Below, in pieces: positions 36,608-46,011 of a stretch of 64,000 bases of DNA. The position numbers were made by a program, and so were the translations under genes. Source of the DNA: Myxococcales bacterium (lineage in GTDB: Bacteria > Desulfobacterota > Binatia > HRBIN30); the NCBI GenBank assembly GCA_037445065.1, contig JBBILD010000004.1:168692-232691 (forward strand). Direction: 5' to 3'. Numbering within the stretch: the first letter of the stretch is position 1; each line of letters opens with the position of its first letter. Below the pieces are notes generated by a model. That model did not search any database and was not told where the DNA came from. It saw only the letters and a list, made by a program, of their open reading frames with translations.

Positions 36608-39600
36608 CTATGGCGCCAGACCGGCCTTGGGCGGAATCCGGAACCACAGGGAGTAAAGAGCGGGAAGCAGCAGCAAGGTGATGACCGTGCCCGCGGTCAC
36701 GCCGCCCATGAGCACCACCGCCATGGGGCCCCAGAAGGTGTCCGTAGCCAGCGGCACGAAGGCGAGCACAGCCGCAGCCGCGGTCAGAACCACTGGGCGC
36801 GCGCGGCGAACGGTGGCTTCCACCACGGCTCGGTAAGAATCCATCCCGAGGGCGAGGTTGTCGTCAACTTGTTTGGCAAGGATGAGGGTATTGCGCATGA
36901 GGATCCCGGCCAAGCCAATGAGTCCCAGCATGGCGACGAAACCCAGAGGCCGCTGGGTGACAATCAAGGCCGGCACCGCGCCAATGAAGCCGAGCGGGGC
37001 GGTGGCCAGCACCAGCAACATGCCCCGGAAGGTCCGCATCTGCAGCATGATGACCGCCATCATGAGTAGCACCATCACCGGCTGCAACCGTTGGATCGAC
37101 CGCTCTCCTTTGCTCGACTGCTCCACGGAGCCGCCGATGTCGATGCGATAGCCGGGAGGCAGCCGCCGCCGCACGGCGTCGAGCGCATCCCAGAGTTGCC
37201 AGGTGACATCGCTCGGCTGCGCGCCGCGTACCTCGGCGTTGACGGCGATGAACGGCTCGCGATTGTACCGTTTCAACACCGGCTCCTCGAATTCTACCTG
37301 TAGCGAGCCCACGTGATCGAGGGCGATGGAACGGCCGTCGAGGGTTTTGATGTGGATGTTCGAGGGGAGCAGCTTGGCCTCCGCGCCGCGCAGGAAAACG
37401 GGCACATGGCGGATGTCTTCGCGCAGTTCGGTTGCCGGAACACCGCCCCACTCGTATTGGAGCTGCTGGGCCAAGTCGCGCGGTGTGAGCCCGATCTGGC
37501 GAAGCCGCTCGAGGTCCGGGCGCAAGACCAGCACCGGCGTACGCTCGGACCACTCCAGGTGCGGATCCATAACGTGGGGGTGCCGGGCGAGCACTTCGCG
37601 CACCTCGCGCGCGATGACACGCAGCGTCCCGAGGTCGGGACCCACAACGCGAAACGAAACTGGCCACACAACAGGCGGACCGTAGAGTAAGGTGTGGGCA
37701 CGCACCCGAGCCTCGGCAAACTCGCCGTTCCGAACGTGGCGCTCGATCTCAGCGATCAAGTGGTTGCGCTCCCTTGCCGACCCGGTGATCGCCAGGACTT
37801 TGGCGAAGGCTGAGCTGGGTTGCTCGGGGTTCAGAGCCAGGAAGAAGCGCGGCGCTCCGGCGCCGATGAACGTTGCCAACGTGTGCACTTCGGGACGCGC
37901 GAGCAAGAGTGTTTCCATTCGCTCGGCGACCGAGCGCGTCACCCCGATGCTGGTTCCCTGCGGCAAATACAGGTCCACGATCACCTCCGGCCGGTCGGAA
38001 TTGGGGAAGAACTGTCGCGGGACGAAGAGTTGAAGCCCTACGAGGCTGGCGCCGAGCGCCGCCGCGCTGACCGCTGTCACGGTTCGCCGGTGCTGCACGC
38101 ACCACTCGATCAAAGCGCGCAAGCGCTGGTAGGTCGGGGTTTGGTACAGCGCCTCTTCCTCCTGACTCTCGGCCCGGTGCGCGGCGGGCAGCAACTCGAA
38201 GCCCAAATAGGGCGTGAAAACCACCGCCACCAGCCAGGATGCCAGTAAGGCGATCGCGAGAACCCAGAACATGTTCCCTGCGTATTCGCCAACTCCGGAG
38301 CGGGCAAAACCAATGGGGAGAAACCCGAGTGCGGTGACCAGGGTGCCGGTGAGCATAGGCGCTGCGGTTGCGGTCCATGCGTGCGAGGCTGCCAGAGCCC
38401 GCTCCCAGCCCTGCTCGAGTTTCACCTTCATCATTTCGATGGCGATAATGGCGTCGTCTACCAGAAGGCCGAGGGAGACGATCAACGCCCCGAGCGTGAT
38501 GCGGTCGAGATTGATCCCGCGCACGAGCATGACTGCGAAGGTGAGACCGAGAGTCAGCGGCACCGCCAATCCGACCACGATTCCGGCGCGGATTCCCAAG
38601 GTGGCGAAACTCACCAGCGTGACCACAGCCAGGGCAATGAGAAACTTGAACTGGAAGAGGTGGACAGCGGCGGAAATCGCGTGCGCCTGATTGGTGACCT
38701 CTTTCCATTCGAGCCCGAGGGGCAGCTCCGCCCGTAGCTCCTCGGTGAACGCGGCAAGGCGCTCGCCGAGGAGCAAGCCGTTTTCCCCTGCCTGCATGAT
38801 CACGCCGAGTAGGACCGCGTCTTGCCCGAAGGCACGTACAAGGTAAGCCGGCGGATCTTCGTAACCGCGGCGGACGCGCGCTACCTCGCCCAAGGTAAGC
38901 CAGCGTCCTCCAACGCGCAGGGGGATGCGACTCAGGAGCTCGGCGTCGAACGTGTCGTCCACCGCCCGGAGGTACAGGCGCGCCCCGCTGCCTTCGATCC
39001 ACCCGGCCGGCAGCAAGCGATTGCTGGCGTCCAGCGCTTCCCGCACCGCGGCGGGCGAGAGACCAAGAGTGGCCAGGCGTGCGTTGTCGAACTCGAGGTA
39101 CCAGCGCTCTGGGCGCTCGCCGATGAGATGGACTTCCTGTACGCCGGGGATGCGACGCAGCCGTTCGCGCAGGCGCTCTGCCTCGCGCACGAGCTGTCGC
39201 GGCGTAAGGCCGCGAGCGGTGAGAGAATAGAGCGCAAAGTACACATCGGAGAACTCATCGTTGACAAACGGTCCGAGCACTCCCTCAGGGAGGCGCGGCG
39301 CTTCGTCCTGCATCCGCTTGCGCACCTGGTAAAACAGCTCCCGCACTTTGTGCGCAGGCGTGTAGTCGTGAAACTCGACCACCAGGTCCACGCGACCCGG
39401 GCGCGAGGTTGTTTCAACTCGGTAGAAATACTCGACTTCTTGCACACGCTTCTCCAGTGGGTCGGCCACCAAGCGCTGCATTTGTTCCGCCGAGGCTCCT
39501 GGCCAGAGCGCGGACACAACCATCGCGCGCACCGTGAACGCTGGATCCTCGGCGCGCCCCAACTGCCAGAAGGCGAGCAGTCCGCCCAGTGCCGACAGTA

Positions 39601-39670
39601 ACAGGAAGAACAAGGTGAGGGAGCGCTCGCGAACCGCGAATGCGGAGACGTTCCAGTCGAGCTGAGTCAT
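36608..39670 (-). CDS. RND efflux permease subunit (AcrB/AcrD/AcrF family)
   Basis: GRAEDP, GLLVDDAII, FFPNSDR, RARPVVLT; 1020 aa. Confidence 0.95.
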   Translation of the reverse strand: MTQLDWNVSAFAVRERSLTLFFLLLSALGGLLAFWQLGRAEDPAFTVRAMVVSALWPGASAEQMQRLVADPLEKRVQEVEYFYRVETTSRPGRVDLVVEFHDYTPAHKVRELFYQVRKRMQDEAPRLPEGVLGPFVNDEFSDVYFALYSLTARGLTPRQLVREAERLRERLRRIPGVQEVHLIGERPERWYLEFDNARLATLGLSPAAVREALDASNRLLPAGWIEGSGARLYLRAVDDTFDAELLSRIPLRVGGRWLTLGEVARVRRGYEDPPAYLVRAFGQDAVLLGVIMQAGENGLLLGERLAAFTEELRAELPLGLEWKEVTNQAHAISAAVHLFQFKFLIALAVVTLVSFATLGIRAGIVVGLAVPLTLGLTFAVMLVRGINLDRITLGALIVSLGLLVDDAIIAIEMMKVKLEQGWERALAASHAWTATAAPMLTGTLVTALGFLPIGFARSGVGEYAGNMFWVLAIALLASWLVAVVFTPYLGFELLPAAHRAESQEEEALYQTPTYQRLRALIEWCVQHRRTVTAVSAAALGASLVGLQLFVPRQFFPNSDRPEVIVDLYLPQGTSIGVTRSVAERMETLLLARPEVHTLATFIGAGAPRFFLALNPEQPSSAFAKVLAITGSARERNHLIAEIERHVRNGEFAEARVRAHTLLYGPPVVWPVSFRVVGPDLGTLRVIAREVREVLARHPHVMDPHLEWSERTPVLVLRPDLERLRQIGLTPRDLAQQLQYEWGGVPATELREDIRHVPVFLRGAEAKLLPSNIHIKTLDGRSIALDHVGSLQVEFEEPVLKRYNREPFIAVNAEVRGAQPSDVTWQLWDALDAVRRRLPPGYRIDIGGSVEQSSKGERSIQRLQPVMVLLMMAVIMLQMRTFRGMLLVLATAPLGFIGAVPALIVTQRPLGFVAMLGLIGLAGILMRNTLILAKQVDDNLALGMDSYRAVVEATVRRARPVVLTAAAAVLAFVPLATDTFWGPMAVVLMGGVTAGTVITLLLLPALYSLWFRIPPKAGLAP

Positions 39671-40749
39671 GGCAGGGGGCGAACGTTCTCACCGGGGTGC
39701 AGGAGGTGTGTCCCCACCGCGACCACTTCGGCACCGACTTCCAAATTCGCTTCGACGTAAGCGTCCTCACCGTCTGTTCCGGCGATGCGGACTGGCACCG
39801 GCTCCACCTGACCGTTCCGCACCCGCCAGACCATCGGTCCGCTGCCTTCGTCATGAATGGCACTGAGCGGGACCCGTTGTTGCCCTGTCCTGCTGTCGGA
39901 GAAGCGCAAGCGTGCCGTGCCGCCGAGTTCGAGAGCGGAGGAATCCTCGCCCAAAAGCCGAAACCGCGCTCTCCAGGTGCGGGTGACCGGATCCGCCGCT
40001 CCCGCGACTTCGCGCAACTCGGCGGAAAACGATTTGCCGTTCGGGACAACGCCTTCCGCCCGCGTCGGCACGTTGCGCACCCGGTTCTCCGGCACGAACA
40101 CCTCGATTTCTCGAGCGCCCTTCTGTGCCAGCACCGCAACAGGTTGTCCTGGAGCCACGACTTGCCCGGGTTCCCCGGTGACTTCCACCAACGTGCCGGA
40201 ATGCGGTGCGGTCAAGCGCGTGTACTCGCGCTGCTGGAGGGCTTGCTGGTGTTGGGCGCGCAGCGCAGCCAGCCGCTCGCCCGCCGAACGAGCCATCGTT
40301 TCCGCCAGTTCGTAGGCTTGCTGGCTCGCGATTCCCTGTTCGAGTAGCGCGGCCAGCCGCTGCCGCTCGCGCTCGGCGTTTTGGGCTTCTGCCTCGGCAG
40401 CCCGTACTTGCGCAGCCGCCGCTCGTTCCAGTTGGTCGACGTCGCGCGGGTCGAGCTCGAAGAGCAACTGGCCTTGGTGCACCTCCTCTCCCGCTTGCAC
40501 GAGGCGGCGCAGGATTTGCCCGCCGATGCGAAACGCGAGCGGCGTCTCGTAGCGAGCCCGCACTGTACCCGTGAGGCTCCATTCCCCGCCGCCCGCAGCT
40601 TCGACTTTCACCACGCGCACCGCCCGTGGCTGCACCTCCTCACTCCCATGCTCTGCCTGCCGGCATCCCGCTCCAAGCATCAGGACCGCGCAAGCCACCC
40701 CGAGCCTCAGCAAAGAGGCCAGCTTGTGGTAAAACCGGGACTTGTGCAT
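39667..40749 (-). CDS. RND efflux periplasmic adaptor (MFP), lipoprotein
   Basis: LGAGC lipobox; LAFRIGG, hairpin coiled coil, LTAP.SG, ADPVTRT. Confidence 0.93.
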   Translation of the reverse strand: MHKSRFYHKLASLLRLGVACAVLMLGAGCRQAEHGSEEVQPRAVRVVKVEAAGGGEWSLTGTVRARYETPLAFRIGGQILRRLVQAGEEVHQGQLLFELDPRDVDQLERAAAAQVRAAEAEAQNAERERQRLAALLEQGIASQQAYELAETMARSAGERLAALRAQHQQALQQREYTRLTAPHSGTLVEVTGEPGQVVAPGQPVAVLAQKGAREIEVFVPENRVRNVPTRAEGVVPNGKSFSAELREVAGAADPVTRTWRARFRLLGEDSSALELGGTARLRFSDSRTGQQRVPLSAIHDEGSGPMVWRVRNGQVEPVPVRIAGTDGEDAYVEANLEVGAEVVAVGTHLLHPGENVRPLP

Positions 40750-40763
40750 GCCTCGTCAATATG

Positions 40764-40779
40764 TGAACGAAGGCGTTCA
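40764..40779. promoter_or_regulatory. Putative TetR operator between divergent MFP and tetR genes
   Basis: Perfect palindrome TGAACG-N4-CGTTCA in the 34-bp intergenic gap. Confidence 0.65.
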
Positions 40780-40783
40780 GTAA

Positions 40784-41449
40784 ATGGGGCGAGCAACGAC
40801 GCGGGGAACGCACTCCTACTCTCCACCACGCGCTCGCGTGCGGCGCGGGCGCCCGGTTGATCTGCACAAGCGGCGCGCCATTCTTGCTGCTGCACAACAG
40901 GTGTTCTTCGGCGCCGATCCGCGGCGGCTGAACATCGAAACCATCGCCCGTACCGCAGGCGTCTCGAAGGCGACGGTGTACGCCCAGTTCGGTAGCCTGA
41001 CGGCTGTTTTGCGCGCGGTGATCGAAGAACACCGTGAGGACATGGCGCGGGCTTTGCGAACGCTACCCGAGAGCGGCACCGATTTGCGAGCCTCGCTGGT
41101 GGCCTTCGGCGATGCCCTGCTCGACTTCCTGACAAGCCCGGCGGCCGTTGCCTTGCAGCGCATGCTGGCGGCACGCGTGGGCGCGCGCGCCCGCTTGGGG
41201 CGGCTGGTCTACGCGGAAGGCCCGCTGGCGCTGCGCCGCCGCCTGGCGACCATTCTCGAAGCGGAGCAGCGCCAGGGGCGCTTGCGCCGCCACGATGCAT
41301 TGGTCGTGGCGGAGCAGCTTCTCGGCATGTGGCAGGGTTTGTTGGTTCCCGGACAGGTAATGGGGGGCGTGCCCCGCCCGAACAGGACAGAGCGGCGCAG
41401 ACGCGTGCGGGCCGCGGTGGACACGATCCTGCGCGCGTACTCGGTTTGA
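40784..41449 (+). CDS. TetR/AcrR-family transcriptional regulator
   Basis: GRP...ILAAA..VF, IARTAGVSKATVYAQF HTH; C-terminal AVDTILRAY; start may be further downstream. Confidence 0.92.
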   Translation: MGRATTRGTHSYSPPRARVRRGRPVDLHKRRAILAAAQQVFFGADPRRLNIETIARTAGVSKATVYAQFGSLTAVLRAVIEEHREDMARALRTLPESGTDLRASLVAFGDALLDFLTSPAAVALQRMLAARVGARARLGRLVYAEGPLALRRRLATILEAEQRQGRLRRHDALVVAEQLLGMWQGLLVPGQVMGGVPRPNRTERRRRVRAAVDTILRAYSV

Positions 41450-41472
41450 CAGCAGCCGCACAACGGAGTATC

Positions 41473-41488
41473 AAACAACCGTTTGTTT
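41473..41488. promoter_or_regulatory. Putative repressor operator upstream of the merB-like operon
   Basis: Perfect palindrome AAACAA-N4-TTGTTT just before the GGAGG RBS of 41502. Confidence 0.45.
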
Positions 41489-41501
41489 TGGGGAGGTCGG
41501 C

Positions 41502-42227
41502 ATGCCGCAAAACGTTCCTGAGTTCGGCTTCAGCGAGGATGCTTTGCGCTTGCGGCAGTTCGTGTACGAGTACTGGTGCGAACACGGGCACGGGCCGAAC
41601 TTGCGGACGGCACACGAAGGCACCGGCTTGAGCCGCGAGCGGCTGCTGGCCGCGTATCAGGAACTCGATCTGGGAATCATGTGTGTGGTGAATCTCGACA
41701 CGCAGAATTTCCATTTGCTCAAAGCCCCTCCCTTTTCGAGTTACCCGAGCCAGGCGCAGGTGTATTTGGACGGTCGCTTCCACTGCTACGCCGGCTGCGC
41801 CATGGAGTCGCTGGCCATCTCCATGATGCCTCCGTTTCAAGGCAAGGAAGTTCGTATCGAATCGTACTGCGCGTGTTGTTTGCGGCCCGTGCAGGTGGTG
41901 ACGCGCAGTGGAGAGTTGCTGTCCTACACGCCGGCAACGGCGCTCGTGCACGTCAGCTCGAGCCCGTGGGAATGGAACCGGACCAGCATTGTTTCCATGT
42001 GCGACACGATGAATTTCGTTCTCGACCGCGAGCACGCGGCACAGTACGAGCGCAAGATTTGCCGCCGCGGCGTGCTGTTCACGATGGAACAGGCGCACGC
42101 CTTCGTCACCCCCACTGGGCGAGCGCGGATGTGGAACTATGAACGGCCTCCGGACTACTTGCGGCCACCGAAGGTGATCGATTTTGTGCGTTCCTTGGGC
42201 GTGGACGTGAGTGGCTGGGGCGCGTGA
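41502..42227 (+). CDS. Organomercurial lyase (MerB)-like protein
   Basis: N-terminal winged-HTH-like region, PPFS, YAGCAMESL (cf. YAWCALDTL), IESYCACC, MCDTMNF. Confidence 0.75.
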   Translation: MPQNVPEFGFSEDALRLRQFVYEYWCEHGHGPNLRTAHEGTGLSRERLLAAYQELDLGIMCVVNLDTQNFHLLKAPPFSSYPSQAQVYLDGRFHCYAGCAMESLAISMMPPFQGKEVRIESYCACCLRPVQVVTRSGELLSYTPATALVHVSSSPWEWNRTSIVSMCDTMNFVLDREHAAQYERKICRRGVLFTMEQAHAFVTPTGRARMWNYERPPDYLRPPKVIDFVRSLGVDVSGWGA

Positions 42228-42258
42228 CCGGCGGTAAAGCGGACTTGGGGAGAGGCGG

Positions 42259-43719
42259 ATGGCAAGTGCCTGGTGCGAGAAGCTCTCCGCGCAAGACCGC
42301 TCGTTCCTGCTGTTCGAACGCCGCACCACGCACATGCACTTGGGGGGTGTTACGGTTTTCGAGTTGGGCCCGCTCAGGAACGAGCACGGTGGGGTACGGA
42401 TGGAGCAGATCCGTGCCTACATTGCTTCGCGCTTGCATTGGATTCCGCGTTACCGGCAACGGCTCGCGTTCCGCCCCCTGGATGGGGCCCCATTTTGGGT
42501 GGACGACGAGCGGTTCCACCTCGACTATCATGTGCGGCACACCAGCTTGCCGCGGCCTGGTGATGATCGCCAGTTGAAACAGCTGGCCGGGCGTATCCTG
42601 TCCACGCCGCTCGATCGGTCTCGCCCGCTGTGGGAAGCGTGGGTGGTCGAGGGTCTGGCCGGAGATCGCTTTGCCATGGTGCTCAAGACCCATCACGCGG
42701 TGGTAGATGGAGTTTCCGGGGTGGACCTGATGTCCACGCTGCTGCAGCCGGAGCCGGTCAGCCACGTAGAGCCCTCCCCGCCCTGGCGTCCCCGTCCGGC
42801 GCCGAGCGTCTGGCGGATGTGGGAAGAAGAGATCGAGAAGCAATGGGAGCTGCCCGCGAGAGTGTGGGCCGAGCTGCGCGGCGCACTGGAGCAGCCGGGT
42901 GCATTGTGGCAGCGCTTGCAAGACAGCCTGCGCACGACGTGGGGCTTCTTCAGCGAAGGTCTGCACCGTCCCTCGCCGACTCCGCTGAACCGAGCAATTG
43001 GCCCGTATCGGCGGTTCGATTGGCAAGAGCTGGCGTTGAGCGAGGCCAAAGAGATCAAGAACCGTCTCGGAGGAACGGTCAATGACGTTGTGCTCGCCAC
43101 CGTGGCCGGTGCAGTGCGCCGATTTTTGCTGCGCCGCGCCGCCCTTGCGGAAGAGTTGGACTTCCGCATCGTCGTGCCGGTGAGCATTCGCAGCCCGCAG
43201 GAGGCGGCGCAGCCGGGTAACCGAGTGTCGGCGTGGATCCTCTCGTTGCCGGTGCGCGAACGCGATCCTGAAGTCCGCTACCGAGCGGTGGTCGAAGCCA
43301 CCACTCGCTGCAAGAGTTCCCATTTGGAGCGAGGCATCGAAGCGTTCACCACGCTGGCGGAGGTGATGGATCCGCTGCTCACGCTCGGCGTTCGGGTTGC
43401 GGCGCGCGTGGCACCGTACAACTTGATCGTCACCAATGTCCCTGGGCCGCAGTTTCCTTTGTTCTTGCTCAACGCGCGCATGCTCGCCGGGTACCCCACG
43501 GTGCCGCTGTTCGAGTACCAAGGGCTCGGGGTGGCCATCTTCAGTTACGACGGGCGACTGTTTTTCGGGCTGAACGCGGATTGGGACATTTTGCCTGACG
43601 TCGCCGATTTTGCTGCGGACCTGCGCGGTGCCTTTGTGGAACTCTCGCGGGCCGCCCGCGGGTGGAGCCCGGCGGCGCGGCCGGCGCAACGAGTTCGCAG
43701 CTCGGCGCGCAGGCATTGA
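42259..43719 (+). CDS. Wax ester synthase/diacylglycerol acyltransferase (WS/DGAT)
   Basis: LSAQD..FL..E, PLDRSRPLWE, catalytic HHAVVDG, TVNDVVLA, TNVPGP. Confidence 0.95.
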   Translation: MASAWCEKLSAQDRSFLLFERRTTHMHLGGVTVFELGPLRNEHGGVRMEQIRAYIASRLHWIPRYRQRLAFRPLDGAPFWVDDERFHLDYHVRHTSLPRPGDDRQLKQLAGRILSTPLDRSRPLWEAWVVEGLAGDRFAMVLKTHHAVVDGVSGVDLMSTLLQPEPVSHVEPSPPWRPRPAPSVWRMWEEEIEKQWELPARVWAELRGALEQPGALWQRLQDSLRTTWGFFSEGLHRPSPTPLNRAIGPYRRFDWQELALSEAKEIKNRLGGTVNDVVLATVAGAVRRFLLRRAALAEELDFRIVVPVSIRSPQEAAQPGNRVSAWILSLPVRERDPEVRYRAVVEATTRCKSSHLERGIEAFTTLAEVMDPLLTLGVRVAARVAPYNLIVTNVPGPQFPLFLLNARMLAGYPTVPLFEYQGLGVAIFSYDGRLFFGLNADWDILPDVADFAADLRGAFVELSRAARGWSPAARPAQRVRSSARRH

Positions 43720-43737
43720 GAACAGGGAGGGAGATGC

Positions 43738-44913
43738 ATGGAGTTCGGATTGTTCGTACAAGCGCACGTGCCCAAGCACGAGCAGGAGCGGGATCCGCAA
43801 GGAGCGGAGCATTCGCGGTTGATGCGCGAACTCGACCTAGCCATTCACTGCGATCGCCACGGCTTCAAATACGTGTGGTCGGTGGAGCACCACTTTCTCG
43901 AAGAGTACTCGCACATCTCCGCCTCCGAGGTGTTCTTGCCGTATATCGCCGCGCGAACCGAGCGCGTGCATGTCGGTTCGGCGATTTTCAACATCACGCC
44001 TCCGGTCAATCATCCGGCGCGCATTGCCGAGCGGGTGGCCATGCTCGACCACCTGAGCGAGGGCCGCTTCGAGTTCGGCGTCGGACGCGGCTCGTCGAGT
44101 ACCGAGTTCCGCGGTTTCGGGATCCCGGATAGCGAAACGACGCGTGCGATGTTCGACGAGGCCTTCCCGGAGATCCTGCGCATGTGGCGCGAAGAGAAAT
44201 ACAGTTTCTCCGGGAGGTTCTTCTCGATGCCGGAGCGCAACGTATTGCCGAAGCCTTATAGCAAGCCGCACCCGCCTCTGTGGATGGCATGCGGCAACCC
44301 CGCCACCTTCGAGAAAGCCGCGCGCTTGGGTGTCGGGGCGTTGTGCTTCAGTATGGGCTCGCCGCGCGACTTCGAACCGCTCATCGAGACGTACAAGAAG
44401 CACATTCGCAACGCCGAGCCGATCGGCGAATACGTGAACGACAACGTCGCTTGCGTCACCCAACTGGTATGCGCCGAGGACGGCCAGGAGGCACGGCGGA
44501 TCGCCTGCAACATGGGCAACATGTACCACGTGAGCCTCGTGTTCCGGTATCTGGATACGTTTCCGCGTCCGGCCAACATTCCGCCGTGGCCGCAGGTGAT
44601 CCCCGAACCGACTCTGGAGCAACTCGAAGAGCGGATTCGCAGCGGCCAGCGAATTGTGGGCGACCCGGAGGAATGTGCGCGCGCCGTACAAAAGTACGTG
44701 GATGTCGGCTGTGACCAGATCATCTTCGGCATTCTGGCTTCCAGCCAGCCGCAATGGGTAGCGCGGCGTTCGGTTGAGCTGTTTGGCCGCTTCGTGATTC
44801 CGCGTTTCGACCGCGATCCGGTTCACTCCACGACTCGCTACCGCTTAGCCGCCTTGGGCCAACAGCCAGAGGCCGCCGCCACCGAAGCTGGTGGCTTGCG
44901 GGGCACGGCATGA
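43738..44913 (+). CDS. LLM-class flavin-dependent oxidoreductase
   Basis: WSVEHHF, HPARIAE...LDHLSEGRFEFGVGRG, PKP..KPHPPLW. Confidence 0.93.
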   Translation: MEFGLFVQAHVPKHEQERDPQGAEHSRLMRELDLAIHCDRHGFKYVWSVEHHFLEEYSHISASEVFLPYIAARTERVHVGSAIFNITPPVNHPARIAERVAMLDHLSEGRFEFGVGRGSSSTEFRGFGIPDSETTRAMFDEAFPEILRMWREEKYSFSGRFFSMPERNVLPKPYSKPHPPLWMACGNPATFEKAARLGVGALCFSMGSPRDFEPLIETYKKHIRNAEPIGEYVNDNVACVTQLVCAEDGQEARRIACNMGNMYHVSLVFRYLDTFPRPANIPPWPQVIPEPTLEQLEERIRSGQRIVGDPEECARAVQKYVDVGCDQIIFGILASSQPQWVARRSVELFGRFVIPRFDRDPVHSTTRYRLAALGQQPEAAATEAGGLRGTA

Positions 44914-45875
44914 GCGAGGTTCGGGAGTGGGTCGCCATCTGCCCACGCGATTACTTGCCGGTGGGGATGCAACTGCCAGTCGCGGCGCAAAGCCGCATCT
45001 TTGCTCAACCCTGGGAGGCAGGCGCCGGGCGTGAGGAGATTCTGCGAGTCGCTCGTGCTTGCGAGCGCGCGGGGTTCTTCTACCTCGCCGTGTGCGATCA
45101 CATCGCGATCCCGCGCACGCATGTCCCGCAAATGTCGGCCGTTTGGTTCGACACGGTAGCGACGCTCGGGTTCTTGGCCGCGGCTACGGAACGAGTGCGG
45201 TTGCTGTCCTACGTGTTCATTCCAGCCTACCGGCACCCGCTCGCGGTTGCCAAATCGTTTTGCACGCTGGATGCCCTTTCTCACGGGCGCTTGATCAGCG
45301 GCCTCGGTGCGGGCCACTTGCAGGCCGAGTTCGAGGCCCTGGGGGTGGACTTCTCCCGCCGTGGTGCATTGCTCGACGAGGCGGTCGAAGCGTTGCGCGC
45401 GGCCTTTTTGGAGGAGTTTCCTTGCCATCGCGGGGCGGCCTGGAGTTTTTGCGACTTGGCCATCGCGCCTCGGCCTGTGCAAAAGCCGCGGCCGCCCATT
45501 TGGATCGGAGGCTCCTCTTTGGCGTCGCTTCGGCGAGCGGCGCGGCTCGGCGATGGTTGGCTGCCGCAGGGTCCTCCTGCCATGGGAATGGAGCAGGGCG
45601 TGCGCTTCCTGCGCGGGGAAAGGCGCAAGCTGCACGGGGATGCTCCGTTCGAAATCGGCATGAACAGCCCATTTCTGTATCTCGGCCAGCCAGCTTTCGA
45701 TCTCGGTCCAAATTCCTTGGCTGGGTCTGCGGAGGAGATCGCCGCGCTGCTGCGCGCCTACCGCGAGCAGGGAGCGGCGCACGTGCAGGTCCGCTTCCGC
45801 AGCCGTTCTTGTACAGAACTAGAGGAGCAAATCCTGCGTTTCGGCGAGGAGGTGCAGCCACTGCTGCGGTTCTGA
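44910..45875 (+). CDS. LLM-class, probably F420-dependent oxidoreductase
   Basis: CDHIAIP, YRHPL..AK..TLD.LS.GR, PRPVQKPRPPIWIGG, RAARLGDGW. Confidence 0.88.
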   Translation: MSEVREWVAICPRDYLPVGMQLPVAAQSRIFAQPWEAGAGREEILRVARACERAGFFYLAVCDHIAIPRTHVPQMSAVWFDTVATLGFLAAATERVRLLSYVFIPAYRHPLAVAKSFCTLDALSHGRLISGLGAGHLQAEFEALGVDFSRRGALLDEAVEALRAAFLEEFPCHRGAAWSFCDLAIAPRPVQKPRPPIWIGGSSLASLRRAARLGDGWLPQGPPAMGMEQGVRFLRGERRKLHGDAPFEIGMNSPFLYLGQPAFDLGPNSLAGSAEEIAALLRAYREQGAAHVQVRFRSRSCTELEEQILRFGEEVQPLLRF

Positions 45876-46011
45876 GCCTCTCTTTCTGCAGTTAGACCAG
45901 AGACAACTGGCAAAGGGCAGTGGTGGTGGGGCTGGCTACTGGCTGGATCCTTGGGGTCGCCGTTGGCTGGCAAGCGCTGGGTGAGCGGGGAGACCGCGCA
46001 GCGGGGAGAGC

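Noticed and set aside
41502..42227. Mercury resistance (mer) operon
   Set aside because: No merA, merR, merT or merP nearby, and the catalytic Asp appears substituted.
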